The notes below the pieces were generated by a model, which was given only the letters and a program-made list of their open reading frames with translations, searched no databases and was not told the DNA's origin. From positions 1 through 64,000 of the forward strand of contig JAQGDQ010000740.1 in assembly GCA_030141605.1 (NCBI GenBank): DNA of 64,000 bases. Reading direction: 5' to 3'. This DNA comes from Tubiluchus corallicola. Lineage: Eukaryota > Animalia > Priapulida. Below are positions 38,872 through 50,900 of this stretch, in pieces (position 1 is the stretch's first letter; the number at the start of each line of letters is the position of its first letter). The translations under genes were made by a program, and so were the position numbers.

Positions 38872-40871
38872 TGGGGCCTGTTGCACTTTCAACTTCTAAA
38901 ATTTATAGTAATACATACGGCAAAACTAATACTTGAAAAGATTTAACACGTGATGTTATGATGCTACTTTAAGTTGTAAATTCTCTACGTTATTTCCAGT
39001 GCTATAAATGTTGTATTATAATGTAACGCTTTTAAAAAAAATGTAGTTGTTGCTTAATAAAATGATAACTATTCCACGAAGCAGTACCTTTCGTTGTTTT
39101 TTATTGAATTTGATCTTTATAATCCTTTACTTGTCGCTACAGAAACAATAAATGTTGAATAAATAAAGTAGTTCCAACAGTCAGCGAAAACATGTGGATT
39201 TTGTAGCTGGTTTATCTTAATGTTAAGATTTCTAAGTGATAGATCTATTGCTAATAAATGCTGAAGTTACTAAAAAGTTACTGCTACAAACCATGAAAGA
39301 TGTACAAACATTTGCTAACACTGCTGCATTATTGGTTATTTGCAAACATAGTTACTGAAAACCTTTGCAAAGTTCCACGGAAACACAAGCTTCTCTTCAG
39401 AGTTCAGCTGTTTTAATTACCCGAAAATTGATTGTTCAAAAATCAATCCTGAAAATAACACCTGCACGTTATACAACATCCTCGTGCAGTAAATGAAGTT
39501 TGTTGTTGATAAAAAATTAACCACTGCGCCGTTCTGCCTGATACTGCGTGTGACTTACTACTTGGTTTAAAGGACAAGCATACTACTTTTGTACTTAAAG
39601 CTTTTGGCACCATTGTCTTTTCTAATGAGGAAAGAAATGTGGTGTTTGCGAACTGCAACCTAATTTAAAATGGAAAAGAGGGCCAATTGTTCAAGTTGTC
39701 GTTTGTGCAATGGTTTCTTTAAAATTATAAAACGAGTATAAAAGTTCTTCAACACTTTAATCCACAATTTGCTGTTTCATTTCACGACAATACAAACCAA
39801 TAGCTAAAAAGCTCGAAATAATTATTCGGAAAATGACAATAACCATTCAAAATAAATATTCAAGTCTGGTGAGTAAAATGGGTAGCTTATGCTGTATAGA
39901 GTTAAAAACGAAACGTGGCATATTAGCAAAAAAACAAGGTATATTATGCGTGTTGCATAATAAAACAGCAAAAAGGTTGCTTGTTATTTACAACAACAAC
40001 TTCATTTCACCCAATGCTGATTGTTCACTGTTATATGATTTATAAGTTATTTCATTTTCTTGTCACTACCAGCTTTTCTTATGTTGGAGTTTTTCTTTTA
40101 TTGTGTATGTGGTCTTCCTAGTTGCAATTATAAACTTATGAAATTATGAAAAATGCAAAATATTTCAATGTTAATATACCTAGGTAAAAATATCTAAAAT
40201 AAAACTGATTAAGCAGTACCTGATGTAATATACCTGAATGTTGTAATTTATGTATAAATGTATAAAAGGAGCTAACAAACAAAGTAACGCACAGAACGAT
40301 AAGAAATTAATTAACACATAATGTGAAGCATTCGAATTATTAAACACAAGAATACATCAAATCTCCTCTAGGCTGCAACCTAACCAGTTTTATAAATAAT
40401 TGCAAAAATGATAAGTTACTTCACAAAATTACAGAAGTTATTAAAATATCAATGAGCAAACTCGCAAGTTAGTACATGTAGTTTAATGTTTCATCGCATA
40501 ATAAATATTGCAGGAACTTAACAAAAAAATTAACACCCAAAACAAACAACATTCTCTAAAAGCAAAACTGCTTCATTCCATATTTCAATAATTACCGTCA
40601 ACTGTGTAAAATTATCACTCACTTCTGCTACAAAAATTAATGACAATATGAAAATCATTTTCAAAATGTTCGTTACTGTACAAAATTTTACGAAATATTC
40701 TCTACAATGCAGTGAAATAATGCATGATTATTCTTCTCAGCAATACAACGAAACAACGCAAGGAAATAATATATAATCATGCAAATGGCAAAAAAGTTCT
40801 GCTACTGTATAAGAAAACTCTGACCGCGAGGTCCTTTGCAAAATAATACCGTTTTCTCTTAAAGCTCGTTT

Positions 40872-41160
40872 CTGTATTATAAAACAGTAAATTGTGGTCT
40901 TAATGTTTCCATAATATTACAAAACAAAAATTGCGTTATTTTTGTTATGTATTATAAAACAATGAATTGTATTCTTCGTGCTTTGTATAACACTATGTTG
41001 TGTTCTTCACTACAGAACAATGAATTGTGTCCTCCGTGTTTAGAATCACAAAACAATAAATTGTATTTCCCTTTTTGTATTACGAAACAATGAATTTGCC
41101 TTTTTTGTTTTGTATTACAAAACAATGACCCACATTCTAAATGTTCTGAATTACAAATCA
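40872..41160. repeat. Degenerate minisatellite with a unit of about 32-35 bp
   Basis: Recurring core TGTATTACAAAACAATGAATTGT. Confidence 0.75.
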
Positions 41161-42782
41161 TTTCAAAATAATTGTCGCTAATGTCAGTGTGTACGCTTCA
41201 CTACGGATTATTTTGTTTCAAAATTCCATGAGTGGGGAATTCTTTTCCCACGCTCACGGGTTCACTGTTGACAGAGGCATTAACATTTAAGTCTGTATCC
41301 ACATTTTTCACGAATCCAGATACCACGACAAATGAGAAAATCCGATCAAGTCAAAGTCACGTTCACGCGACAGCATATTTTACATGATTGTAATCGACTG
41401 CAGCTTAATTGTACTTTAGTTACACCGCAAATTACGAAAACGTGCTTTGTGAAAAATAAAAGTCGCGCGTTTAAACTTTACAGCGCTCTTTCTGACATCT
41501 CCACTTAGAGTTGAACTGAGAAAACATTGCAAATGTTTTGTTTTCAGAAAAATGGAATATAGTTGTGTAAGTTGCGCTATATGATATAATTATGCAACTT
41601 TATTTCAAGTTCACGTAGTGTTTCATTGTCTCAACAACATGAGCTGGGATATTATCTGATTTCGACTACTTCTAAAATACAAATTGGTCATTTCTGCAAA
41701 TTTTTCATAGCTAACGAATGCTGATGTAATATTACGTGATCAATCGTACAAAATTGCCCTGGTTAACAAAAGATTTTGCTGACTTTCCTGCCACCTATTA
41801 GCAACACAAATAACCTTTTTTTCCAAGAATCGCATATTTTATTTAACAGGGTCAATAAACAACAGTAACCGAAACTAAGACAAAGCAAAAAAGTCTTAAC
41901 GTACAATTAATTTTTATCAACTTAACCAATAAAATCATCATGAAAGGGACTGAAAAATCATCATGAAAAGTATATCTCCAATCAATCTCACTATAACTAT
42001 TATTTATATGCGTCACCGTCACCATCATATACATCTTTTCTCTTAACATGCTGTACAGTGATACTGATAGTGAGCACCTGGGCACACAGATAGTGCGCAC
42101 TTAAGCACTGATGCCCAATTACAACTTTTAGTACATTCATTTAAACTCATTTAAAGTAGAATTCTTGTTTACATAGTGTATGAATATCAACCACTGGCAG
42201 TTAATATTAAATATCCTATAGTGAAACAATCAGCAGAACTCACCTACTCTCCACCAGCTGCCACGTCCAGTCTAGTGCATGCGCTATTTTTAACCATAAT
42301 TGCAAACTATTGTGAAAACTAAATGGATTGTGTTATAAAAGCTTAAAAGCCTAACAAATTCTCTATCTAACCATTTAAAATTTTTTATTCCATTTCTGCA
42401 TGTAACCTAAAAAATTTTCGTCAGAACATTCATTTGTCATTTTATAACATATTAACACCGGACACGACGTTATATGCAGCATTCCTGTTGGCCAGTTTTT
42501 TTATTTTCAAATGACATTTACTCAAAGTAAACTAAGTAGGTAACTATACAAGTAGGAGGTAGTACAAGTAGGAGGAATACAATCACAAAATTGTATTCCA
42601 GTTTCCAAAAACGAGTTCCACCACTTTTGTTGATATTTCTTCTGAAGAAGTGAGCAGTTGATATGGATGTGGCATTTCTAGTCCTTGTTAACTGTTGCGA
42701 TTCTACCAGTAAGGCAGAACACCCACTTTTCAATCCCTGAAGAGAAACTGAGACTAGCTAGAAACTAGCTAGTAAAATTTTT

Positions 42783-45700
42783 TTACATCTCAGAAAATCT
42801 GAATCTACTGAAGAATGTGGGTGATTGTACTGTTTCACAGAACTTCAGCATTTCTTCCCAGTCAGAACAAGTTGTAGTTACATTAATTTTTTCTAATATG
42901 CAAAAATTCTTGGCTGAAAAATCTACCGGTACAAAAAGCAAGATAAGTGAAATCAATTTAATTCAGGTTGCCAAACTAAAACCTTGAGAATGTATGTAGT
43001 GTATAAATTAAATGCATATATGCCTGGCTTGTTTTCAAAAAACCACCTTTCAAGTTCATCAACAGTACAACTCTGCATTGCATTTATATAACAGGCAAAT
43101 CAACATTAAGTTAGTTAAAAACACTGATACAGTGAGTCCTTAACAACGGTAGTTCCAGCAAAATGTGACGTTAAGTGAAATGTGGTTAAATGAAACCAAG
43201 ACTTCCATAGAAAGTGATGAAAAAGAACTGATATACGTTTCAGAGGCAAAAATCAATGCTGCTTAATTCATGCAAATAAAACGTTTTATAAGTTTTAATT
43301 ATATTTCTACATCTACTGATTAATTACTTTCTGCATGCTTGAAACCACCTATCTTTCATTCCCAGCTAGTAGTTTCTTTTTCATTAATGTTGAAGCCCTA
43401 CCCGTTAAACACTTGTTGTGGAGATCCATTAGAATATTCTATGGTATAGTAGAACTATCTTTTTACCTCGTAGATTCTGGAACTTTCTATACGCGATGCA
43501 CGTAGTAGTTTCTAGATTGTTCTGGTGTTGTCCATTTTCATTGATATATAAGGCGGATCGGACCGCTTATGTTTATTCTCGTATTCTCAGATTAATTTCA
43601 GATTCTCAGATTATTGTATGCTATTTTCTTATCACTTGACTGTGTATATTTCGCGTTCCTTCATACTTTTGCGTTGTAGAAATCTCACATAATAAACCAG
43701 TTCATTTTGACAACATGTTTTCTTGTTTTCTCTACGAGCCGTCCGAGAGAAAGAAACACAACAACACTGCACAGAAAAAACAAACGCTTTGCTAACCTTG
43801 GGACAATTTCATCTAAATTTTGGTTGCTATAGTAACAGGTTGCAAGCAAAATTTTTTCGCATAAAGTTTGCACCTGTTCAATGCTCTAAATTAAGTAAAA
43901 AAAAGTTGTTGAAAAAATAAGAAAGAGCTTTAAGCTAATTGTCAATAAAATGAAATGTGTTGTTAAGTCAGAAAAAAGTTAAATGTTCAGGGTCATTAAA
44001 ATGAAATGTTGCTGAACAGGGAGTCATTAAGCGAGGACTTACTGTAATTCGATTAAGCACATTTCGTTTCAATTACATTAAGTGTACCTGAGTAAGTAAA
44101 GGTATCCGCTGCATTTAGAAGGTCACTTTCCCCAGCTTTTGCCTTACTTTCAGGATTGCGAGTTCTATGGGAACAACTGGCATAATTCAAAATTACAGCC
44201 TCTATCCAGTGCTCCACTCTTAAAAAAAATTGGCAACATCATATGAGATATGCCACATTTCTTTAGATACAGATACATGTACACTCTTTTATGGTATAAT
44301 TTACAGAGCAGCAAAAAGACATTCACATTCAGTAGTCTGCCACTAGGAAATTGTTTAATATGACGACATCTATATTTCACCTTATTTCTAACATCACTGT
44401 CAGATGATGTTCCAGTCAGAAAGTAAACAAAATGAATTGACAAAGGCCTCCTTTTGATTCATGAAAAGAGCTTACTGACATTCAAGCAAAATTTGAAAGC
44501 AATTACAAATCAAAGTGTATAGTGACTTTTCAGACACCCTGTATTTGTGCAAATTAACTCTTGCCTTCTGCTGCCATTTTACAAAAAGCTCGGTGCTTCT
44601 AAATACCTTCCAAAGCTATAATACAAGCTTTTACCAAAAAAAAATAAAGTGAGGGTTACATACCTCACCTACTTAACTCTTCGAACAATATTAATCTCAT
44701 TTCACTTAACAGAAGTATTGGTTAAAATCCACAGCAATCCTTATAAAAAGGCAAATGCATCCCAAAACAATATAGGAAAGATGGCAGGTAAATTACTTTC
44801 TGTCTTTAATTCTGCAAAGTGTCAGCTCTTGTCCAGTTTCATTTGCTGTTGACTGTTTATTCAGGCTATCGGGGATTTTTATTTTCTCATCCCCAACAAC
44901 CTTTTTTACACCAATCTAGAAAGAAGACATGGTGCTATTAGCTTCAAGTCGTCACATGCATCAGCGGCAAACAAATAATCACTGATAAGTTTATACTTAT
45001 AAAGCTGCATAATTTATTTTCAGGCAAAGTAGTTATTTGTACGATGATTTTTTGCCAGTCTTCACTAATGCTGCATTGCATCTAAACAGTAAATGGTTGT
45101 TACGATTCCTAAATGGAACTCTTGAACTTTGAAATTTTAACAGTTTAATCATGCAGATTCCTAGTATGTATCGAAGCCTTTGATAAGCACCAAAATTCTT
45201 AAAATGATTCATGTCAAGTTCACTGACTTTGTCAACAGTAAATTATAATAAAGTAAAGTAAAGTAATTTTATATCAAAGAACATACAACTCACTCGTTTT
45301 TTTGCTGCCGGTTTCCTTGTAGTTATTATACTACATTTTCCCTGGTGCGAGTTCTTATCTCTTTCGTTAACTACAAGGATTATTTCAATTAGAAATGAAT
45401 CGAATCCGGGGGTTACTCGCTATTGTAAAACTGTTTATTGACAGACTAAGGCTGCATCAGTATAATTAATTTAGATTATATAACTAATAACTGTATAACC
45501 AAAAATGCATTTACTACAAACCAATATGACCAAAATTTGAATTCCCATAAGTAATTATTTGTTAGCAACAAACTGTCAGTATTCTGACAGAAACAAAAGT
45601 AAGCACAAAAGTTTAAACATTAGAAAAAAACCCATTCAAGCTGTGAAACACTTACAATCAATTTTCTGTCTACTAACTGGACTTTTTAAATCAATATCGT

Positions 45701-47236
45701 CGTCTCCACGAAGTGAGCGTGTATTTTTCTCTAAGATTCCTGCACTTGCTGGAATTTCACTGGTTTGCAAAGTGAAATCATCTGTTGTATGTGATTGCAC
45801 CTGGGTTTCCTTTACTAAAAACAGCTAAAACAATTTATATTGAAAAAACAAAGCTTATAATACAATATAATACCTATCTAGTATAATTTCATAATTGCAT
45901 TAATAAAAAAGCAAAACATGTTACCTTTTTTCCATGATATTTCATTGCACTGGTTGCCCATACATGCAGTTTTTCTCTATATAAAGCAGCTGTTTTACTA
46001 TTATACTTTCCCAACATGTCTTTTATGTCACATCCATGCTCCAAGAAAAACTGTAGCTAGAAATAGATAGATAAAATCTTTATTTGCTAATTAAAAACTG
46101 AAGCATACAAAGTAAAAGTATAATGCACAACAGTTAGTCATATACAACATACACAACCGACTGAATATTGGTAATAATGTCATCTACAATTAATATTATG
46201 AAAAAAATTAATTAGTCCCTAAAAGTGAATATAACTACAGGTTCGCGATAAACTAGATTTTAGTATCAGACAAAAGAGTGGTTCATTTTATTTCAGTAGC
46301 ACATTGTGTGCAAATGAAATACACTAGGATCTCCAGTCATTGATTCAGAAATGACGAACAGTTTGCACGAAGTACCACTGCTACTGCTACTGCTTCTTAC
46401 ATTTTCTCAAAAGTAAAACAGCTGCTTATGAATCCAGTTTTTCTCCTGAAGTTCTTATCCATATTAATTCTGTACCAAAAGTTTGTTTCCATATTCACTA
46501 TAACCTTCACTGCTTATAAACAAGGATATAACAGGTATCTCTTATCTAAATAGTTTCAAGTATTAGTGCATTAGTTATTGTTGCATTAATGCATTGCACA
46601 ATGACTGTGGATATAAATCATTCATAAGCAAAATCAACAAGCAAAACTTACAGCCTTTGAATTTCCTCCAACCTGCATGGCGTGTAGTTGAAGCCATGTC
46701 CAGTTAGTGTCCAGCCGAACTGACCGCACAAATGACAAGTGTACTCCAAGAGAACGATGAAAGGCGGAGCAGTCAACGCAAATAAATATACCATAAGTCA
46801 CCGACACCCAGCCTGGGTTCTTGGCTCCGCAATCAAAGCATTCCTGCACAATTTAAAAGCTGTCTAAAAAACTTCAGACAACACACCAACTGCAAAGAAC
46901 ACCAGTTCTAATAACATGCCTCAAATAGTTATCAGAATTACTTCTTAAATATTGTAAACCAATAATTAATATCTAGCCAGCTTATGGTTAGACATATAAG
47001 AATGATAGCAAAAGTAACTGGAATAAAATGCAAAGAAAAACAAAAAAAAGAAACATATACTGTGTGCCACAAACAGTTATATTATCTATAGATCCATAAA
47101 ATTACTCTACAAGAACTTTTTAAAAATGGCAGCAATATAGCTTTACCTGATTAGCTGCATTCATTTGTAACTTCTTAAAAGCAACCTGGATGACAGATTT
47201 ACTAGGAACATCATCGACCATTTCTGCCATGAGCAT
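42783..47236 (-). CDS. ARFGAP2/3-like: Divergent, short ArfGAP2/3 (Glo3-type)-like ADP-ribosylation factor GTPase-activating protein (about 331 aa)
   Basis: Phase-consistent exons 47236-47147, 46843-46652, 46056-45925, 45824-45656, 45370-45294, 44915-44797, 44164-44088 and 42922-42783. Zinc finger CFDC-x16-CVDC-x4-R with the catalytic Arg, then [47 protein letters not shown], and [19 protein letters not shown]. The last two exons are supported by frame only. Confidence 0.85.
43130..44044. mobile_element. Tigger/pogo-like non-autonomous DNA transposon
   Basis: TA|CAGTGAGTCCT ... AGGACTTACTG|TA, giving CAGT termini with a TA TSD. Subterminal GTTAAGTGAAATG-like repeats. Confidence 0.65.
43414..43715 (+). 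mobile_element. Candidate solo LTR nested in the Tigger-like element
   Basis: TGTTGT ... ACAACA termini, TATATAA at about 43545, and AATAAA at 43691. No clear TSD. Confidence 0.5.
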
Positions 47237-47998
47237 TTGAGAAGCCAAAAATAATGCACAAAAACTAAATAAATGCAACAATGCTCTGCTCAGTCCACAC
47301 CTATTTTTTCTCAACTTGACTTTACTTGCACTGCACACGAATATTCCCTGCAATATATTCTATCATTTTCTCCGTATAAACAACCCACTTTAGTACTTTT
47401 TTGTCACTGTTATTGGAAACAAGCACTCCTACTTAGGTATCAGAATTTAACACTGTCACATGACAACAGCTGGTGATATTGGATCCAAGCATGTATTGAC
47501 TATATGTAATTATGCAATTGACTATGAATGAAAACAGCTAACTGTATACAACGCATGAGTCAGCTGCTAAACCTTCACGTAAGTTACTATTTATAGTAAA
47601 TATTGCAAGGACAGTTAAGGTGTATAGGTAAAAACTAAATTTGTCAACTTTTAATTTATCAACCCTCCCCTAAAAATTGATGAAAACTTTTTGTTCTCAA
47701 CAATTATTTTCTCCTGTTACATTGTTACACATGTATCAATAGTACATACAGGAATATAATTTTTTAGTCATTCAACTAACCATTTATGCTTAAAAACTGA
47801 TTTACATATGGAAAATTGATATCAAAAACATGGAAAACAAGTATTCAATAATGTTTGCTGGCTAATGCCAACACAATGTATTTTGCAAATACAACACTTG
47901 CAACAATAATGAATTTGCTATTTAACAGTAATAATTTATAAACATACATATAATTACAAAAACGCTGATAGGTAATTAGAACACGTATATGTCAGAGA

Positions 47999-50900
47999 TC
48001 ATCTGTGGTCAGCCGCAGTGATACCTGGACAATTTTCTTTCATGTCTCTATCATCTGCATATGTTGTGCCGCACCATAGACAATAAAAATGCTGTGTCCG
48101 CAAGTACTGTGTGATCAACTCCAGTTGGTCTCTTGGCTGTAATTAAAAATGTAATTTTATAATAATTGCAAAAAACTGCACTGTGCTAATTGAAAAAATA
48201 AAATAAAAACAACCGAGTGGTCAAAGTGTGTGCTTGGTGGCTGAAATTAAGCAATGCTGAGGCTGCTCAGTAAATGGAAATGTCTGGGCTGGTGAACTAC
48301 TAAAAACTAAAGCAGACCCAGAGGAAAATAGTGAACTAACAAGGACAAACACAAAAGGAAGAATAAGACGTTAAAATAGGTTAGATTTCATTCAAAATAC
48401 ATGGGCAAATTTCATTTGATTTCTATTATCAATTTCCAAAAATAAATTTTTAATCCACTTTGAGTTTTGCCCAGGATGACACATATACCCCATGATTATG
48501 CACATACATGTATAGATTTATATTACTACAGACACAAATTGGTTGGTCATGTACATCATTACAATGCTTTGTCGATAATCTTCGTATGAAACAAAGTAAA
48601 ATATACCTCCAAGTCTTCTTCAGCATCTTCTTCATCATATTCTTCAATTTCATCTGATGCTACTGCCTCATTATAGAGCAGTTCATCATCATAGTCACCA
48701 CTTTTTTCAGGAATATCTAACCTTAAAGGTGCAGGCCAAAACCAACTGTACTCCGGCTGAATGATATTCTGAAATTGTTTTCGAAAATTAATATCTATAT
48801 AATAGTTTCGAATTAGAAAGTTTATTTGCAGTATAGTTTTTTGCAGCACCTACTTTGATCTGTTAATTCAAAAAACTTACCTGTGGCAAACTGCCACACT
48901 ACCTGTATTTCAGTTTGTCTTTGCTTAATTAATTTATTGTCTATTTTCAATCCATTGACAGAGGAATCCTAGTACTTATGTATAAAATTTTTCACATTAT
49001 CTATTTTTAACAATTTTTTTAAATTTGATCTATTCGGTTTTGATAGTTGTCTGGTTTAGAAGTTTTGGCAAGTCCTTTACCTTGTTCCAAAATATTTTAT
49101 AATTTTCTATTTTTACTCTAGTTTTTCCCTTAACACTGTATTTAACAATTTAACAATAACATAATACATGTATTTTTTTCCTTCTAATGAAAATCAAAAT
49201 ACTAAAGAAAAAAACTTGAAAGTTGGACATCTTTCTACTCTACATTTTTCTTTGAAACCACTGTAGCGACCCGACATGGTTATGTTAAGAACGCATGATT
49301 TGCACATTTTTTCTGCTTAATATTATTCACATATTACCATAGTGAACAAAAGCTTGTAAAAAATGATAATTTCCCATGAACTTAACATTTTTTAAAATGT
49401 ATGGAAGTAAATTTTGCATATTTTACTTGTAAAGTGATGCAGTACTATAAAATACCATTACTATGTAGTAGTATCAAATCCTATAAAGACTGTTCTAGCA
49501 AAAGACAAACCAAATGTTTTGGAGAAACTATAAAGCCTGTACTTTCCAGCAAATGACAAACCAAATGTTTAGGAGAAAAAACACATTTTCAAAGTAAGAA
49601 AACTATTAACAAAATTAGTACCAAATTTGTTGGGTGATCTTTAAATTAAACAAGAAGGATAGTTGAAAATAAGTGTTAACGAACAAATTTGAGAAATAAT
49701 CACAAAACAAAGAATATTCAATAAAGCAAAAACAATAACCTTGCTTTCGTCCAGTTGATGACAAATCCGCTGGCTCTGTTTCAGGTCCCTCTGAATCTCC
49801 CGCTCTTCCACCCTTTCCCTCATTCTCTGTGAGAAATCTACTTTCAGCTTGCCCTCCATAGCTTTCCGATGATGCACGATCCTTGCTCGCATACTTGCCA
49901 TCTCAGCTTGCTGTTGTCTCGCAGCAGTATCCTTGCCTAGGCCACCACGGCCTGTCTTCACGTCAACAGAGATTGGTTCAATTCTGCCTTTGTTATCTGT
50001 AATTGTCAGAATAATTTTAAAGAAATTCTATTTGAGGTGAAAGACTACACACATAGATTCAGTGATACTTTAGTGGCATGAGCAAAGTAAGATTCCTTTA
50101 ATAATTGAAGTCAAACTAAATGCTCACTGTAATATACTGTCGAGGTGCATAAAAAATACTTGTGTCATTTGAGCGTAGAGGCATATACCCATCAATGTCT
50201 CATAGGGCATCACAAATACGTTCTATCTGCACAGCTAGATGAAAACCTGTCACCCACAAAATATGTGCAGAATATCGGTACAAAGCATTTTAGCTTCAAG
50301 TGAAAAAACTGTTACATTTCATTTTAAATAGATGCACCCAAATCAAACACAAACCTTACAAACATCGCCATAAATTCATTTTTACATACTTTGACATATA
50401 ATGTAACAGTATCCAGCACTTAACATGCAAGACATAGTAACGATGGTGCTTGTGGCAAGATTAAAAGATCAATTGGCAGAGATACTGAGCTACGTTCAGG
50501 TGTATGCATCCTTATTATCTAAATGATCTTATTAAGGTCCACTTATTATGGGTCCAAGGAGCATTTTATTAGAAAAATGAGAAAACAGAGAAATACAGGC
50601 ATATTGCTAAAGACAAAAGACAAATTTATGGGCTGGCACTTTATATGAATTGTATATATTTCTTGTATTGCAGTTATCTTATAATAGTGTAATAATTTCG
50701 TTTAGGACATACTTCAGGGATAACACCTTAAGTAACTCAATACTTATTACCAAGGTGTTCCAAATTTACTTCGATAAACCCTGGTGCTTGGTTGAAAAAC
50801 TAACGGTATCATTTTTTAAGTCTTTGTTATGACTCGGCCATGAGTTGAACTAGCGATCACGCTACCATTGAGCTACGCCACACAGTTTCAATGGTTATCA

